64,000 bases of DNA from an uncultured Hyphomicrobiales bacterium (GCA_964445695.1 CAYULF010000010.1:57821-121820), one strand, 5' to 3'. Shown: positions 48,105 to 58,155, numbered from the stretch's first letter. Notes: a model not told the origin generated them from the letters alone. Numbers and translations: made by a program.

Positions 48105-49415
48105 ATGAGTCCTGAAAACTTCAAGTACATAGCCACGGCGATATTTGCCCTGGCTGTCCTGCACACCTTCGTTTCAAGCTATTTCAACAAACTGGCGTCG
48201 AAGTATCCGGAAGGTTCGCCGCTCGAAAATCTCTTCCACTTCCTCGGGGAAATCGAAGCGGTTTTCGGTTTGTGGCTCATTCCGCTTTTTTACGCCTACT
48301 GGGCATCCTTCGGCTTGACGGAGACGCTGGATTACTTTGACTCCGTCACGCCAAAACTGATGGAACCGCTGTTTGTCATTGTCATAATGGTGATGGCGGC
48401 CACGCGGCCAATCCTCAAAGCCACGCAGAATCTGGTGGCCATGGCGTCGAAGCTGGTGCCGATCCCCAGCGCTACGGCGCGTTACTACGCGACTGTGCTG
48501 GCTATAACGCCGCTACTCGGTTCGTTTATCACCGAACCGGCGGCCATGACGATTTCGGCTTTACTGCTCAGCAAGTTTCTCTACGAAAACAAACCCAGCC
48601 CGCAGTTGATGTACACCACGATCGCCCTGCTGTTCGTGAACGTCTCGATCGGCGGCACGCTGACGCACTTTGCGGCTCCGCCGGTGCTTATGGTCGCGAA
48701 CAAGTGGCACTGGGACATCAACTTCACCTACATGGCGACGCATTTCGGCTGGAAGGCGGCGGTGTCGATCTTTGTTTGTACCAGCGTCGTGACAACGATG
48801 TTTTTCCGCGAGTTCAAACGTCTGGACGGCATGCCGAAACAGGTGGAGGACATGAGGCCGATTCCGTTCTGGGTGACGGGTGTGCACGTGATTGCGCTGG
48901 CGTGGTCCGTCGTGATGGCGCACCATCCGCTGCTGCTGATCCTCGGATTCATGTTTTTCTTCGGCTGGTGCATCATCACAAATGAGTACCAGAGCGAGCT
49001 GCAGCTCAAACCGGCGCTGTTGGTCGGATTTTTCCTGGCCGGCCTGGTGACGCACGGCAGCCTGCAGGACTGGTGGATCAGCCCGATCATTGCCCAGCTG
49101 GAGAGCGTGCCGCTCTTTATCGGCTCGACGATTCTGACGGCCTTCAACGACAATGCCGCGATTACGTATCTCTCGACGCTGGCGCTCGACCAGGGATTCT
49201 CCGGACCGTTTACGGAGATGGGACTCAAGAAATACGCCATCGTGGCCGGCGCCGTGACGGGCGGCGGTTTGACGATTATCGCCAACGCGCCCAACCCGGC
49301 CGGGAACGCCATCCTGTCGAAGTACTTCCCCGGCGGCAGCGTCAACCCCGGCAAACTTTTTCTGTTTGCCTTGCCTTTTACCATCATCGCTGCGCTCTGT
49401 TTCATGCTGCTTTGA
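48105..49415 (+). CDS. Putative Na+/H+ antiporter-family (PF07399-like) multi-pass membrane protein, tandem paralog 1
   Basis: 436 aa with about 11-12 TM helices and conserved blocks FITEPAAMTI, GGTLTHFAAPPVLMVA and TAFNDNAAITYLS. About 60% identical to the next gene. Confidence 0.55.
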   Translation: MSPENFKYIATAIFALAVLHTFVSSYFNKLASKYPEGSPLENLFHFLGEIEAVFGLWLIPLFYAYWASFGLTETLDYFDSVTPKLMEPLFVIVIMVMAATRPILKATQNLVAMASKLVPIPSATARYYATVLAITPLLGSFITEPAAMTISALLLSKFLYENKPSPQLMYTTIALLFVNVSIGGTLTHFAAPPVLMVANKWHWDINFTYMATHFGWKAAVSIFVCTSVVTTMFFREFKRLDGMPKQVEDMRPIPFWVTGVHVIALAWSVVMAHHPLLLILGFMFFFGWCIITNEYQSELQLKPALLVGFFLAGLVTHGSLQDWWISPIIAQLESVPLFIGSTILTAFNDNAAITYLSTLALDQGFSGPFTEMGLKKYAIVAGAVTGGGLTIIANAPNPAGNAILSKYFPGGSVNPGKLFLFALPFTIIAALCFMLL

Positions 49416-49680
49416 GCGGCGCGATTGAAAAATTTTCAAGGCCGTCGGGAGGTCTGCGCACAGACTGCGCGTTCCGACGGCCTTTTCATTTCAAACCGCT
49501 GCTGTGCCTTTCCATCCCGATTCGGGTCGGTTTCATCCCGGTATTTCGCCATTCGGCTCAACATCGGCTGCATGCCTGCGTTGTATTGGCCTGATTGTGG
49601 GCGGACGCCTTGCGTCTTTTCACGTATGTTTGCTCTGCGTACCTTCCATTGTAATCTGAAACCGAAAGCGAGTGACTTAC

Positions 49681-50982
49681 ATGACTTTTGATCATGTTGC
49701 AACGGTGCTGTTTGCACTGGCCGTGCTGCACACCTTCATGGCCGGCAAATTCAACAGCCTGGCGTCCAAATACCCCAGGGGATCCATACGCGAGAGCGTG
49801 TATCACTTTCTCGGCGAAATAGAGGTGGTCTTCGGCATCTGGCTGATACCGCTTTTTTACGCTTACTGGGCCTACAATTCCTGGGACGCCACGCTGGACT
49901 ATTTCAACTCCGTTGCGCCCAAAATGATCGAGCCGCTCTTTGTGGTGGTGGTCATGGTCAAGGCCGCGACCAAACCGGTGCTGGACGCCACGCGCGGTGC
50001 GATCCTCTCGCTTTCGCGCATCGTGCCGCTGCCGAGTGAGACGGCGCGTTACTACGCCACGATCTTGATCATTGCGCCGATTATCGGTTCGTTTATCACC
50101 GAACCGGCGGCGATGACGATAGCCGCACTTTTGCTTGCGCAGTTGTTTTACGAGAAAAATCCGTCGCCCGTGCTCAAGTACGCCACGATTGCATTGTTGT
50201 TTGTTAACATCTCGATCGGCGGCACGCTGACGCATTTTGCCGCGCCGCCGGTATTGATGGTCGCAGCAAAGTGGGGCTGGAATACGGACATCATGTTCAT
50301 GCTGACCAATTTCGGCTGGAAATCGGTTGTGTCGATTGTGCTTTGCACTCTGGCAGTCGTAATAATTTTCCGCCGTCAGTTCCGCGAACTCGACGCGGTA
50401 AAAGTTAAAGCCGAGGCCGCGGACCCGATTCCGGCCTGGGTTACGCTGGTGCATTTACTGTCGCTCGGCTGGGCGGTGCTGATGGCGCATCAGGCGGTAC
50501 TGCTGGTTCTTGGGTTTATGTTCTTCCTGGGTTTTGTGGTTATCACGCAGAAGTATCAGGACGGCGTCAATGTCAAACCGGCGCTGCTGGTTGGATTTTT
50601 CCTGGCGGGGCTTGTCATTCACGGCAATCTGCAGGAGTGGTGGATCACGCCGATTATTCAACAGCTCAGCGCGCTTCCGCTCTTTATTTCATCGATGGTG
50701 CTGACGGCGTTTAACGACAACGCGGCGATTACCTATTTGTCGTCGCTGGCGCTGGAACCGGGCCTGGCGGAGGTCGGATCGGAGGAAGCGCTCAAGAAAT
50801 ACGCCATTGTGGCGGGAGCTGTCGGTGGCGGCGGTTTAACAATTATCGCCAACGCGCCGAACCCGGCGGGCAACTCAATCCTCAAACCCTACTTTGGCGA
50901 TGAGGGCGTAAACCCGCTCAAACTGGCGCTGTTCGCCATTCCATTTACGGTGGTGGCGGCGCTCTGCCTCTACCTCTTGTAA
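49681..50982 (+). CDS. Putative Na+/H+ antiporter-family membrane protein, tandem paralog 2
   Basis: Collinear with 48105-49415 (same blocks FITEPAAMTI, GGTLTHFAAPPVLMVA, TAFNDNAAITYLSSLAL). Start chosen at ATG 49681 by alignment with paralog 1. Confidence 0.55.
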   Translation: MTFDHVATVLFALAVLHTFMAGKFNSLASKYPRGSIRESVYHFLGEIEVVFGIWLIPLFYAYWAYNSWDATLDYFNSVAPKMIEPLFVVVVMVKAATKPVLDATRGAILSLSRIVPLPSETARYYATILIIAPIIGSFITEPAAMTIAALLLAQLFYEKNPSPVLKYATIALLFVNISIGGTLTHFAAPPVLMVAAKWGWNTDIMFMLTNFGWKSVVSIVLCTLAVVIIFRRQFRELDAVKVKAEAADPIPAWVTLVHLLSLGWAVLMAHQAVLLVLGFMFFLGFVVITQKYQDGVNVKPALLVGFFLAGLVIHGNLQEWWITPIIQQLSALPLFISSMVLTAFNDNAAITYLSSLALEPGLAEVGSEEALKKYAIVAGAVGGGGLTIIANAPNPAGNSILKPYFGDEGVNPLKLALFAIPFTVVAALCLYLL

Positions 50983-51146
50983 ACCGGTCTTTCAGCCGAA
51001 TCCGACTCTGAAAATCTGTTCAAACCGCAGCCGGCATTTCTGAGCGCTTCGCCGCCATGGGATGTCGGCTTGCTTTTTGCTTTTGTTTGTCAACGAGAGA
51101 GAAACAACAAACAGAAGAGTTGGCCACAAACCGCACAACTTCCGAG

Positions 51147-51271
51147 CCCACAGTCAGTCCCCAGCCTCAGAGTGTTCAGCCCACAGTCAGTCTCCAGCCT
51201 CAGAGTCCTCAGCCGAAAACCAGTTTCCAGCCTCAAAGTCCTCAGTCGAAAACCTGTCCCAGGCCGTGAAG
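51147..51271. repeat. 33-bp imperfect tandem repeat, 3.8 copies (cccacagtcagtccccagcctcagagtgttcag and variants) within a ~1-kb gene-free region
   Basis: Direct reading of the sequence; the units diverge progressively. Confidence 0.75.
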
Positions 51272-51948
51272 AGCGCCGGCTCCAAAGCCGGTTTCCAGTG
51301 TTTAATTTCACGAATCAGAAGAGAAGAGTTTGCTCTTGCCGTCCGATCAGTTCCGCGTGGACATGTGCCGCAGTCGATTTTCCGGCGATGTTTGAGTTCT
51401 TGTTTTCGCGGCCCGGCATGTCGGCCGACGCACACGCGCTTCCCGTTCAGCGGCGTAATCTCGCCGTTCACCTGCGTTTTACCGCCCGCTTGTTTCTTTC
51501 GGGCTTGAAATCACGCAATGTCGTTGTATGCTTGTGAAGTGAAAGGAGAGAACTGCGCAGACAAGAGCAGGAAGGAGATCGCGTCGTCAGGCCGGGAATC
51601 CGCGCAACCTTCGGGTTGTCGAGCGGACGGCCTGCTGGTGGGTTGGTGGTGGAAAACCTGACTGGAGGCGGCGGCGGGGGCGGGCCCACTTGATTTCACA
51701 CCAAAATGCGTTCAGACCCGAACCCCGCCCGTTCAGGCCACGAGAACCTACGATTAAGCACTGAATTCGTCCAATCAAGCCCTGGGAAAAGCTGTTGAAA
51801 CGCCGTCAGCCACGACGCAATTCACCGTCAGCGACTCGAACTTTGTGCAGGGATTGGCCTTTGACAGCAGAGAGTTGTTTATCACCCGTGTGCAGCAGAG
51901 ACAACGGTACTCCGCATGTAGTCGTCCGTTGACAACCGAGCCGGGAAG

Positions 51949-52575
51949 ATGAGGCGCGGTGCAATTTTCTTCTGTGTTGCCATTTCTTTCTGCCTATCTT
52001 TGTCCGGCATTGAGATTCTCGTTGGCAATTCGGCGGTCGGAATTAGCATGTTGTATAACGATGACTTGCCGCCTAATCCACGTGGTTTTGGCGGATGGAT
52101 GATCATGCTCAGCCTGGGTTTGATCTTTGTTTTTGCACATTCTCTGTCCAGAATTTGGACGGAATATCTGCCTGTCTTTCAACCCGAAAATCTCAACGTT
52201 TACACGCTTCCAGCTTCAGAGTACTTTGTTCCGTACATTTCAGGTCTGTTGTTCGCGGAGCTTGCGCTAAGTTTTCTCTTTTCCGTTGCGCTCGCCTTTC
52301 TTCTCATTTTACTGTTCAAGAGAAGTCGGTACTTCCCCAGACTCTTTGTCTTTACAATGCTCAGTCATTTAATATTGCTGACAGCGATTGCTCTGATCTT
52401 CGATGCTGTAACGGCGGACATCCAGTATCCGGATGAAATCGGAATTACTGAAGGAGAATTTTACAGTTCAATATATGTTACTGTCGTTTGGGGTAGTTAC
52501 GTTCTCTTGTCCCGCCGCGTATACAACACCTTTCTGCGTAAATCCGGTGCTGAAGACCAGATTAAAGAACCGTGA
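51949..52575 (+). CDS. Small polytopic membrane protein, tandem paralog 1 of 4 (DUF2569-like; family assignment tentative)
   Basis: Shares LLILLFKRSRYFPRLFVF and a C-terminal RRVYNTFLRK block with the three following ORFs. Confidence 0.5.
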   Translation: MRRGAIFFCVAISFCLSLSGIEILVGNSAVGISMLYNDDLPPNPRGFGGWMIMLSLGLIFVFAHSLSRIWTEYLPVFQPENLNVYTLPASEYFVPYISGLLFAELALSFLFSVALAFLLILLFKRSRYFPRLFVFTMLSHLILLTAIALIFDAVTADIQYPDEIGITEGEFYSSIYVTVVWGSYVLLSRRVYNTFLRKSGAEDQIKEP

Positions 52576-52664
52576 AGGCAACCAGCGACATCCGACATCG
52601 CCGGTTAAAACGTTTTAACGGGTCGGCCAGACTGGAAACACCTGCTTCGGGGAGTTAAAAAATC

Positions 52665-53759
52665 ATGAGCAACACACATGATGAAAATCAATTTGAATTC
52701 AACATGACGGCCCTTTGGCCGCCCGCCGCAATTCTCATTGTATACATGTTGTATTCGCTGGTGCTCGGCGTCCAGATCGATATTTTCAGCCTTCCCGACC
52801 TTGTGGGTGCGCTCTCAGACGATCTGGGCAATGTAAGCAATCACCTGATTTTCTATCTCATGGCAATTATGTCCGGCGTACTCGCGACTTTACTGTGCAG
52901 TATATTTCTGCTGTTGTTGTTAATCCGGCGCAGCCGGAGGTTTCATCGCTTATTTATGACGTTTCTGTGGTCTGTTTTGCTGGGTAACGGCGTCGTCTGT
53001 TTTCTCGAACTCTACTTTTTTCAATTAGGTGGCGATTCGTTTGCGATTTGGCATTTCCAGCTTTCAACCGTCGCTTTGCTTGCCTTTGTGTTGTATGCTG
53101 CCGCATCCCAATACTATGTCCAACTTTTCAGACCCGGGTATGCGTATAAATTCTGCTGCGCGCCGGTTGAAGTTTCACATGCAGAAGGCGCGCCGATCGA
53201 ACAGAGCCGGGCACCACGGCCTGCTTCAGGTGGTCCGGTCGGCATCGGCGGATGGTTGATTGTGCCGCTCCTGTTGTTTGTTTTAACACTTGCCTTTGAA
53301 TGTGTCTACTTTATTATTTCCCTTCCTGCTTTCATAGGGCCGTTTGAAATAGTTAACCAAATTGGCGTCTTCCTGCCTGGACTGAGCCTTGCGGGCTTTG
53401 TGCCCTTAGTCGTTGGTGTTATTGCGACGGCTCTGTTCGTTAGGCGCAATCGGTGGTTCCCCGGTGTTTTAGCGCTGTACTTTTTTGTCGGTGTCCTGAG
53501 CCACTGGATTAGCATATCCTGGTATGATATGTTGATTTTTGACCTGGTCCTTACACTTGAAGATGTGGCGGGAGCACCTCAATCGCTAGTCGGATTTAAT
53601 CCTCTCCCGGTCGAAATATCTGTCGCAATTCTGCTGGCACTCTACCTGCGATTATCCAAACGCGTTAAAAACACCTTCCCGCGCAAGGTCGACTCCGACG
53701 ACGAACAGCAAGACATTGACAACGGGGAAGCACAACCGGCAATGCCGAAAATTAACTGA
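52665..53759 (+). CDS. Membrane protein, tandem paralog 2 of 4; contains an internal duplication of the same domain
   Basis: Half 1: LLLLLIRRSRRFHRLFMTF. Half 2: GIGGWLIVPLL...LFVRRNRWFPGVLALYFF...SKRVKNTFPRK. Confidence 0.55.
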   Translation: MSNTHDENQFEFNMTALWPPAAILIVYMLYSLVLGVQIDIFSLPDLVGALSDDLGNVSNHLIFYLMAIMSGVLATLLCSIFLLLLLIRRSRRFHRLFMTFLWSVLLGNGVVCFLELYFFQLGGDSFAIWHFQLSTVALLAFVLYAAASQYYVQLFRPGYAYKFCCAPVEVSHAEGAPIEQSRAPRPASGGPVGIGGWLIVPLLLFVLTLAFECVYFIISLPAFIGPFEIVNQIGVFLPGLSLAGFVPLVVGVIATALFVRRNRWFPGVLALYFFVGVLSHWISISWYDMLIFDLVLTLEDVAGAPQSLVGFNPLPVEISVAILLALYLRLSKRVKNTFPRKVDSDDEQQDIDNGEAQPAMPKIN

Positions 53760-53855
53760 ATGACTTGTAATTCAATGCCCCCACTGCAGCAAAGGAGTAG
53801 AGGTGTTTAAACACACTGATCTCGATGCCTTGGCGCGTCGCCTCAATAGATCCGA

Positions 53856-54377
53856 GTGAGAACTATGCGGGAACAACAAACAGACAGTTCAACAAGTCGG
53901 CCGGGAATAACGTTCTACGTCCCCGCTTTGTTGCTCTTGTTGTATGGAGTTGGAAACTTGCTGCAATTTGTGGATACATCTTTTGATAAAATCTTCTTTT
54001 TGTATAAAAAACTGCTCTCGATGCTGTTGTATGGCATTGATCCCTACTTTTTGCCCTATCTGCTGTTTATCTCGAAGGCCATGTGGGAGTTGTTTAATAT
54101 CCTGGCGAGTGTTGTTCTATTGCTCTTGTTTGTTCGCGGAAAACGCTCGTTTCATCGCCTGGCCATGTATTATGTCTGGCTGTACGCCCTCGTTTGGCTG
54201 CTGGCGGGATTGCCGATTAATGTCTTCGGCGGCGAGTCGGTGTTAAACGTAAATTTCTGGCTGGCGGTGGTAGCAGCGGCTATCTTTACGATATTCACAT
54301 CCAGGTCTGCGGCGTACGCGCGCGTGTTCAGGCAGATGGATGTTCAACAATCGCAGGAAGGTTCAGATGGAAACTAA
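53856..54377 (+). CDS. Membrane protein, tandem paralog 3 of 4
   Basis: LLLLFVRGKRSFHRLAMYYVW...AYARVFRQ matches the family pattern. Confidence 0.5.
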   Translation: MRTMREQQTDSSTSRPGITFYVPALLLLLYGVGNLLQFVDTSFDKIFFLYKKLLSMLLYGIDPYFLPYLLFISKAMWELFNILASVVLLLLFVRGKRSFHRLAMYYVWLYALVWLLAGLPINVFGGESVLNVNFWLAVVAAAIFTIFTSRSAAYARVFRQMDVQQSQEGSDGN

Positions 54378-54936
54378 TGACGCTAACAACCAGCCATCGC
54401 CTGCCGCTGTTCCGCCCGCTCCTGCCCGGGGTCCGCACGGTATCGGCGGGTTGATGTGGTTGCCGCTGCTGTATCTTGCAGTCGTCCTGCTTGATCCTCT
54501 CTTCAACATTGGTGCATTTCTGTTTAAGCTGGTTGTCCACGGCTGGCCGCAGGAGCCGGAGAACTCCGGGTTGCGATCGGTATTCGCCGATGCGCTTTTT
54601 TCCACGCTGATCATTCAGGCTTGCAACTTTGTCATGCTGGCAATCGGCGCTCAGACTCTTAATCTGTTTGTTAAACGCAGTCGTTTTTTTCCTCCATTGC
54701 TGTCTGCCCTCTTTTTTCTCTACGTCATGTTCCACTTCGTCACTTTGTTGCTTCGCCTTTGGATGGTATTTGGCAGCGGGGGCACGATGTCTGCCACGGT
54801 ACTTGCGCGGCAACTGGAACCTGAAATTGTGCTCCTCCTGCTCGAATTGTCGGCGGCAATCGTTTTGACCTTTTACCTCGGTATTTCCAAACGTGTTAAA
54901 AATACCTTTGGGCGGCTCTTCGTCAAATCCACCTGA
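54340..54936 (+). CDS. Membrane protein, tandem paralog 4 of 4 (true start may be the internal Met at ~54424)
   Basis: GIGGLMWLPLLYL...LNLFVKRSRFFPPLLSALFF...SKRVKNTFGRLF. The 38-nt overlap with paralog 3 suggests the later start. Confidence 0.5.
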   Translation: MFNNRRKVQMETNDANNQPSPAAVPPAPARGPHGIGGLMWLPLLYLAVVLLDPLFNIGAFLFKLVVHGWPQEPENSGLRSVFADALFSTLIIQACNFVMLAIGAQTLNLFVKRSRFFPPLLSALFFLYVMFHFVTLLLRLWMVFGSGGTMSATVLARQLEPEIVLLLLELSAAIVLTFYLGISKRVKNTFGRLFVKST

Positions 54937-54971
54937 GCAATCCCTTTCAAACCAATTTTGTTCGTTGTTTA

Positions 54972-55751
54972 ATGACAAGCTCGACGTCCTGGAACCCGGC
55001 CCTGTACCTGCAGTTTGAAGATCATCGTCTGCGGCCGGCCCTCGATCTGCTGAACCGCATTCCACTGCAAAACGCCGATCTGGTCTGCGACCTCGGCTGC
55101 GGCGCCGGCAACGTCATGTCTTTTCTCGCGCAGCGCTGGCCGCAGGCGCAGATTATCGGAATTGATCACTCGGCCGAGATGCTGGAGCGTGCGCGGCGCG
55201 AGTATCCGCAGTTCGACTTCCAGGAAGCCGATGCCGGAGCGTGGAAGGCGTCGACACCCGCAGACATCATTTACTCCAATGCCGCACTGCACTGGCTGCC
55301 GGATCACCGCAGCTTGTTTCCGCGCCTGGTTAAACAGCTGAAAGCCGGCGGCTGCCTGGCCGTGCAGATGCCCGCCAACTTCAAGGCGCCATCGCACACG
55401 CTGATTCGCGACGTACTCGATGACTTGCAACTGTGGAATGAAGAACTGCGTCGCGCACTTGGCTCGGTGGGTATTCTCGACGCGGCGGACTACTACGACA
55501 TTCTTGCGCCGCACACCGGCTCGCTGGATATCTGGCAAACCGAATACATGCAGTGCTTGCAGGGCGAAGATCCCGTACTGAACTGGGTGCGCGCCTCGGC
55601 TCTGCGCCCCGTGTTTAACTGCCTGTCGCCCGACCAGAGTAATCAATTTCTCAATGAGTACAAGCAGCGTTTGTCCGCCGCCTATCCACGACGCGGTGAT
55701 GGGAGCGTGCTCTTTCCTTTTAAACGTCTGTTCATAGTGGCTCGGATCTGA
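54972..55751 (+). CDS. tam: Trans-aconitate 2-methyltransferase-like class I SAM-dependent methyltransferase
   Basis: WNPALYLQFEDHRLRPALDLL...VCDLGCGAGN...IYSNAALHWLPDH is characteristic of the Tam family. Confidence 0.8.
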   Translation: MTSSTSWNPALYLQFEDHRLRPALDLLNRIPLQNADLVCDLGCGAGNVMSFLAQRWPQAQIIGIDHSAEMLERARREYPQFDFQEADAGAWKASTPADIIYSNAALHWLPDHRSLFPRLVKQLKAGGCLAVQMPANFKAPSHTLIRDVLDDLQLWNEELRRALGSVGILDAADYYDILAPHTGSLDIWQTEYMQCLQGEDPVLNWVRASALRPVFNCLSPDQSNQFLNEYKQRLSAAYPRRGDGSVLFPFKRLFIVARI

Positions 55752-55898
55752 AGTGAGCCTGCGGCGCCTGTGTTGGTCGGGCCTGAACCATGTAGCTTCC
55801 TCAAACCCGACGACCTGCAAGACCCGAACAGTGGTATTGCTGTGGAACTATGCAGTTCGTCTGCCGCAAAACAGGCCGTGTATTCAGGGCTGATCACC

Positions 55899-55950
55899 CA
55901 GTGACAAACAAGAGGAAAAACAAGCCGCAGGCGGAACAGCGAGAAGCCGC
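55899..55950. promoter_or_regulatory. ~50-nt conserved intergenic motif (copy 2), upstream of the DUF2235 gene
   Basis: Near-identical to 36373-36420. Confidence 0.4.
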
Positions 55951-56204
55951 ACGGCGAAGTGCTCAAGCCGCCCAATCAGAGTGAGGCGGTGTAAAGCCGG
56001 ATGGGAGTCTGTTCGCAGGCCGAAAAATTTCGCAGATCGCAGCAGTACAGGACTGAGCGGAAGTGCCGATGCCGAATGCGAAACGTTGAGCGCGTGAATT
56101 GTGTGTCGCCAAAAATTGCCTTGTAGAGTTTCGTTTGACGCGATAATTTCGGCGCAGCAACGTGAGTGAGATTATCCTTTTGTGTTAAGTTCAAGGATCA
56201 GAAG

Positions 56205-57224
56205 ATGAAACACATAGCTATCTTTGCCGACGGGACGTGGAATTCGCCGGAGACCGAGCGGCCGACCAATGTCCTGATGACCGCCCGTGCCGTGGCGCCC
56301 GAAAATAAAGCAGGTGTTAATCAGGTTGCTTTTTACGATTGGGGCGTCGGCAGCGACGGTAAACGCGTGGTCGGCGGTTTGACGGGGGAAGGCATCGACA
56401 AGAATATTATGGACTGTTATCGCTTCCTGGTGCACAACTACGAGCCGGGCGATAAACTCTACTTTTTTGGTTTCAGCCGCGGTGCGTACACCGTGCGTTC
56501 GTTGGGCGGTTTTATCCGCAACTGTGGTTTGTTAAAACGCGAGTCCGCCGGTGAAATTCAGCGTGCATATGAGTTCTACCGCAAGCGCGGTAAAAATTAC
56601 CACCCGGATTCCGTAAAAGGCAAAGCGCTGCGTGCAAAGTACGCCGTTGCCGACATCACACCGATCGAATTTATCGGCGTCTGGGACACGGTCGGTTCAC
56701 TGGGAATTCCCGTGCCGTTCTGGGGTACGCTGGGAGCGGAAGAATTTCTGTTTCACGATACACAGCCGAGTCGGATTGTTAAACACGCGCGTCATGCGTT
56801 GTCGATAGATGAAGACAGGGAAGACTTTGCCGAGACATCCTGGGACCACAAACCCGGTCTCGATGTTAAACAGGTCTGGTTTGCCGGCGTGCATTCGGAC
56901 ATCGGCGGTGGGTACCCGGAAGCCGGGCTGTGCGCCTGCGCGGCCGACTGGATGATGAAGGAAGCCGAGAAATTTGAGTTCAAGTTTTCGGATTACCTGT
57001 CCAAGCTGATCAAACCCAATCCGCACGACAAGATCCACAAAGCGCGCACGGGCATGTTTCACTTGCGGCCGGAAAATGTGCGCACAATCCAGGGACCGCT
57101 GCACAGCTCCGTTAAACAGCGCTGGGATGCCGACACACAGGGCTACCGCAAAAAAAGCAAGGCAATGCGCAAGTTGCTGCAGTCCGTCGGCAACGACTGG
57201 TCGAAGATAGAAGTCGTGGATTGA
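56205..57224 (+). CDS. DUF2235-domain alpha/beta hydrolase (Tle1-like phospholipase fold); no secretion-system context
   Basis: HIAIFADGTWNSPE N-terminus, nucleophile elbow YFFGFSRGAYTVRSL (GxSxG), and downstream GVWDTVGSLG, all typical of DUF2235. Confidence 0.7.
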   Translation: MKHIAIFADGTWNSPETERPTNVLMTARAVAPENKAGVNQVAFYDWGVGSDGKRVVGGLTGEGIDKNIMDCYRFLVHNYEPGDKLYFFGFSRGAYTVRSLGGFIRNCGLLKRESAGEIQRAYEFYRKRGKNYHPDSVKGKALRAKYAVADITPIEFIGVWDTVGSLGIPVPFWGTLGAEEFLFHDTQPSRIVKHARHALSIDEDREDFAETSWDHKPGLDVKQVWFAGVHSDIGGGYPEAGLCACAADWMMKEAEKFEFKFSDYLSKLIKPNPHDKIHKARTGMFHLRPENVRTIQGPLHSSVKQRWDADTQGYRKKSKAMRKLLQSVGNDWSKIEVVD

Positions 57225-57276
57225 CCGTGCCACGGCGCTGGAGTGTTAAAACTCAAGAAGTACAAAGTGGCGGTTG

Positions 57277-58155
57277 TTAACCAGCTGCGAGTGCAGGAGA
57301 TCCAAGCGGGCGGAACTGCAGGTGATGCGCCGTCGGGACAATCAGCGGTGTGTTGCTCTGCGGATGCGTGCGGACATCAACCTCCAGACCGAAGGCTGCG
57401 CCTATGTGCTCTTGCGTGAGGACCCGGGCCGGGCTGCCGCTCGCAAGAATTCTGCCGCTGTTTAACAGGCAGACGCGGTCCGCACATTGCGCCGCCATGT
57501 TGAGATCGTGCATGATAATAACCACGCCCAGTCCCTGTGAGTCAGCCAGCCCGCGAACGAGCTGCAGCATCAGGTGCTGTTGTTTAATGTCGAGATTTGA
57601 CGTCGGCTCGTCGAGCAGGAGGAAACGACCGCGCATATCGCATGTATTGTCGCAGCGCAATTGCGCCAGGGCGCGCGCAAGGTGAATGCGCTGTTGTTCG
57701 CCGCCGGACAGCGTTAAAAAGTCGCGTTCCGCCAGGTGTGCCGCGTCCACAAGCTTCAATAGATTGTAAGCCGCTTCCGCATCGTCCTGACCGGCGCGGC
57801 CCGCGTGCAGCGGCAGCCGTCCAAGCATGACAACGTCGACGGCGGCGAAGGAAAAACCGAGCTTTGGATTTTGCGTCATGACTGCGCGCAGTTGAGCCAA
57901 TTCGTCCGCCTTCCAGTCGCGCAATGGACGATTGTTAAACAGTATCTCGCCGGAGTCGGGCGCAAGGTCGCCGCAGACCAACCGCATCAGCGTTGTTTTA
58001 CCTGCGCCGTTGCAGCCCATCAGCGCACAGACTTCGCCCGGGACGATGTCGAGCGAGACGTCGTCCAGAATTGAGTGTTTGCCGTGAGCGAAATTCAGGT
58101 GTTTAACGCTTATCACATCAGGCTCCGGTTGCGTTTGAAGCGTAAAAGCAGCCAC
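57277..58155 (-). CDS. hmuV: Heme/iron-siderophore ABC transporter ATP-binding protein (HmuV/FecE-like)
   Basis: Walker A GCNGAGKTTL, signature LSGGEQQRIHLARAL, Walker B LLLDEPTSNLD, H-loop IIMHDLN. Confidence 0.85.
   Translation of the reverse strand: MAAFTLQTQPEPDVISVKHLNFAHGKHSILDDVSLDIVPGEVCALMGCNGAGKTTLMRLVCGDLAPDSGEILFNNRPLRDWKADELAQLRAVMTQNPKLGFSFAAVDVVMLGRLPLHAGRAGQDDAEAAYNLLKLVDAAHLAERDFLTLSGGEQQRIHLARALAQLRCDNTCDMRGRFLLLDEPTSNLDIKQQHLMLQLVRGLADSQGLGVVIIMHDLNMAAQCADRVCLLNSGRILASGSPARVLTQEHIGAAFGLEVDVRTHPQSNTPLIVPTAHHLQFRPLGSPALAAG

Noticed and set aside
51540-51948. tmRNA, RNase P, SRP RNA or tRNA in the large intergenic region
   Set aside because: No GGGG...ACCA tmRNA ends or tag-peptide reading frame, no RNase P P4 consensus, no SRP domain IV motif, and no tRNA T-loop GTTCRANYC.
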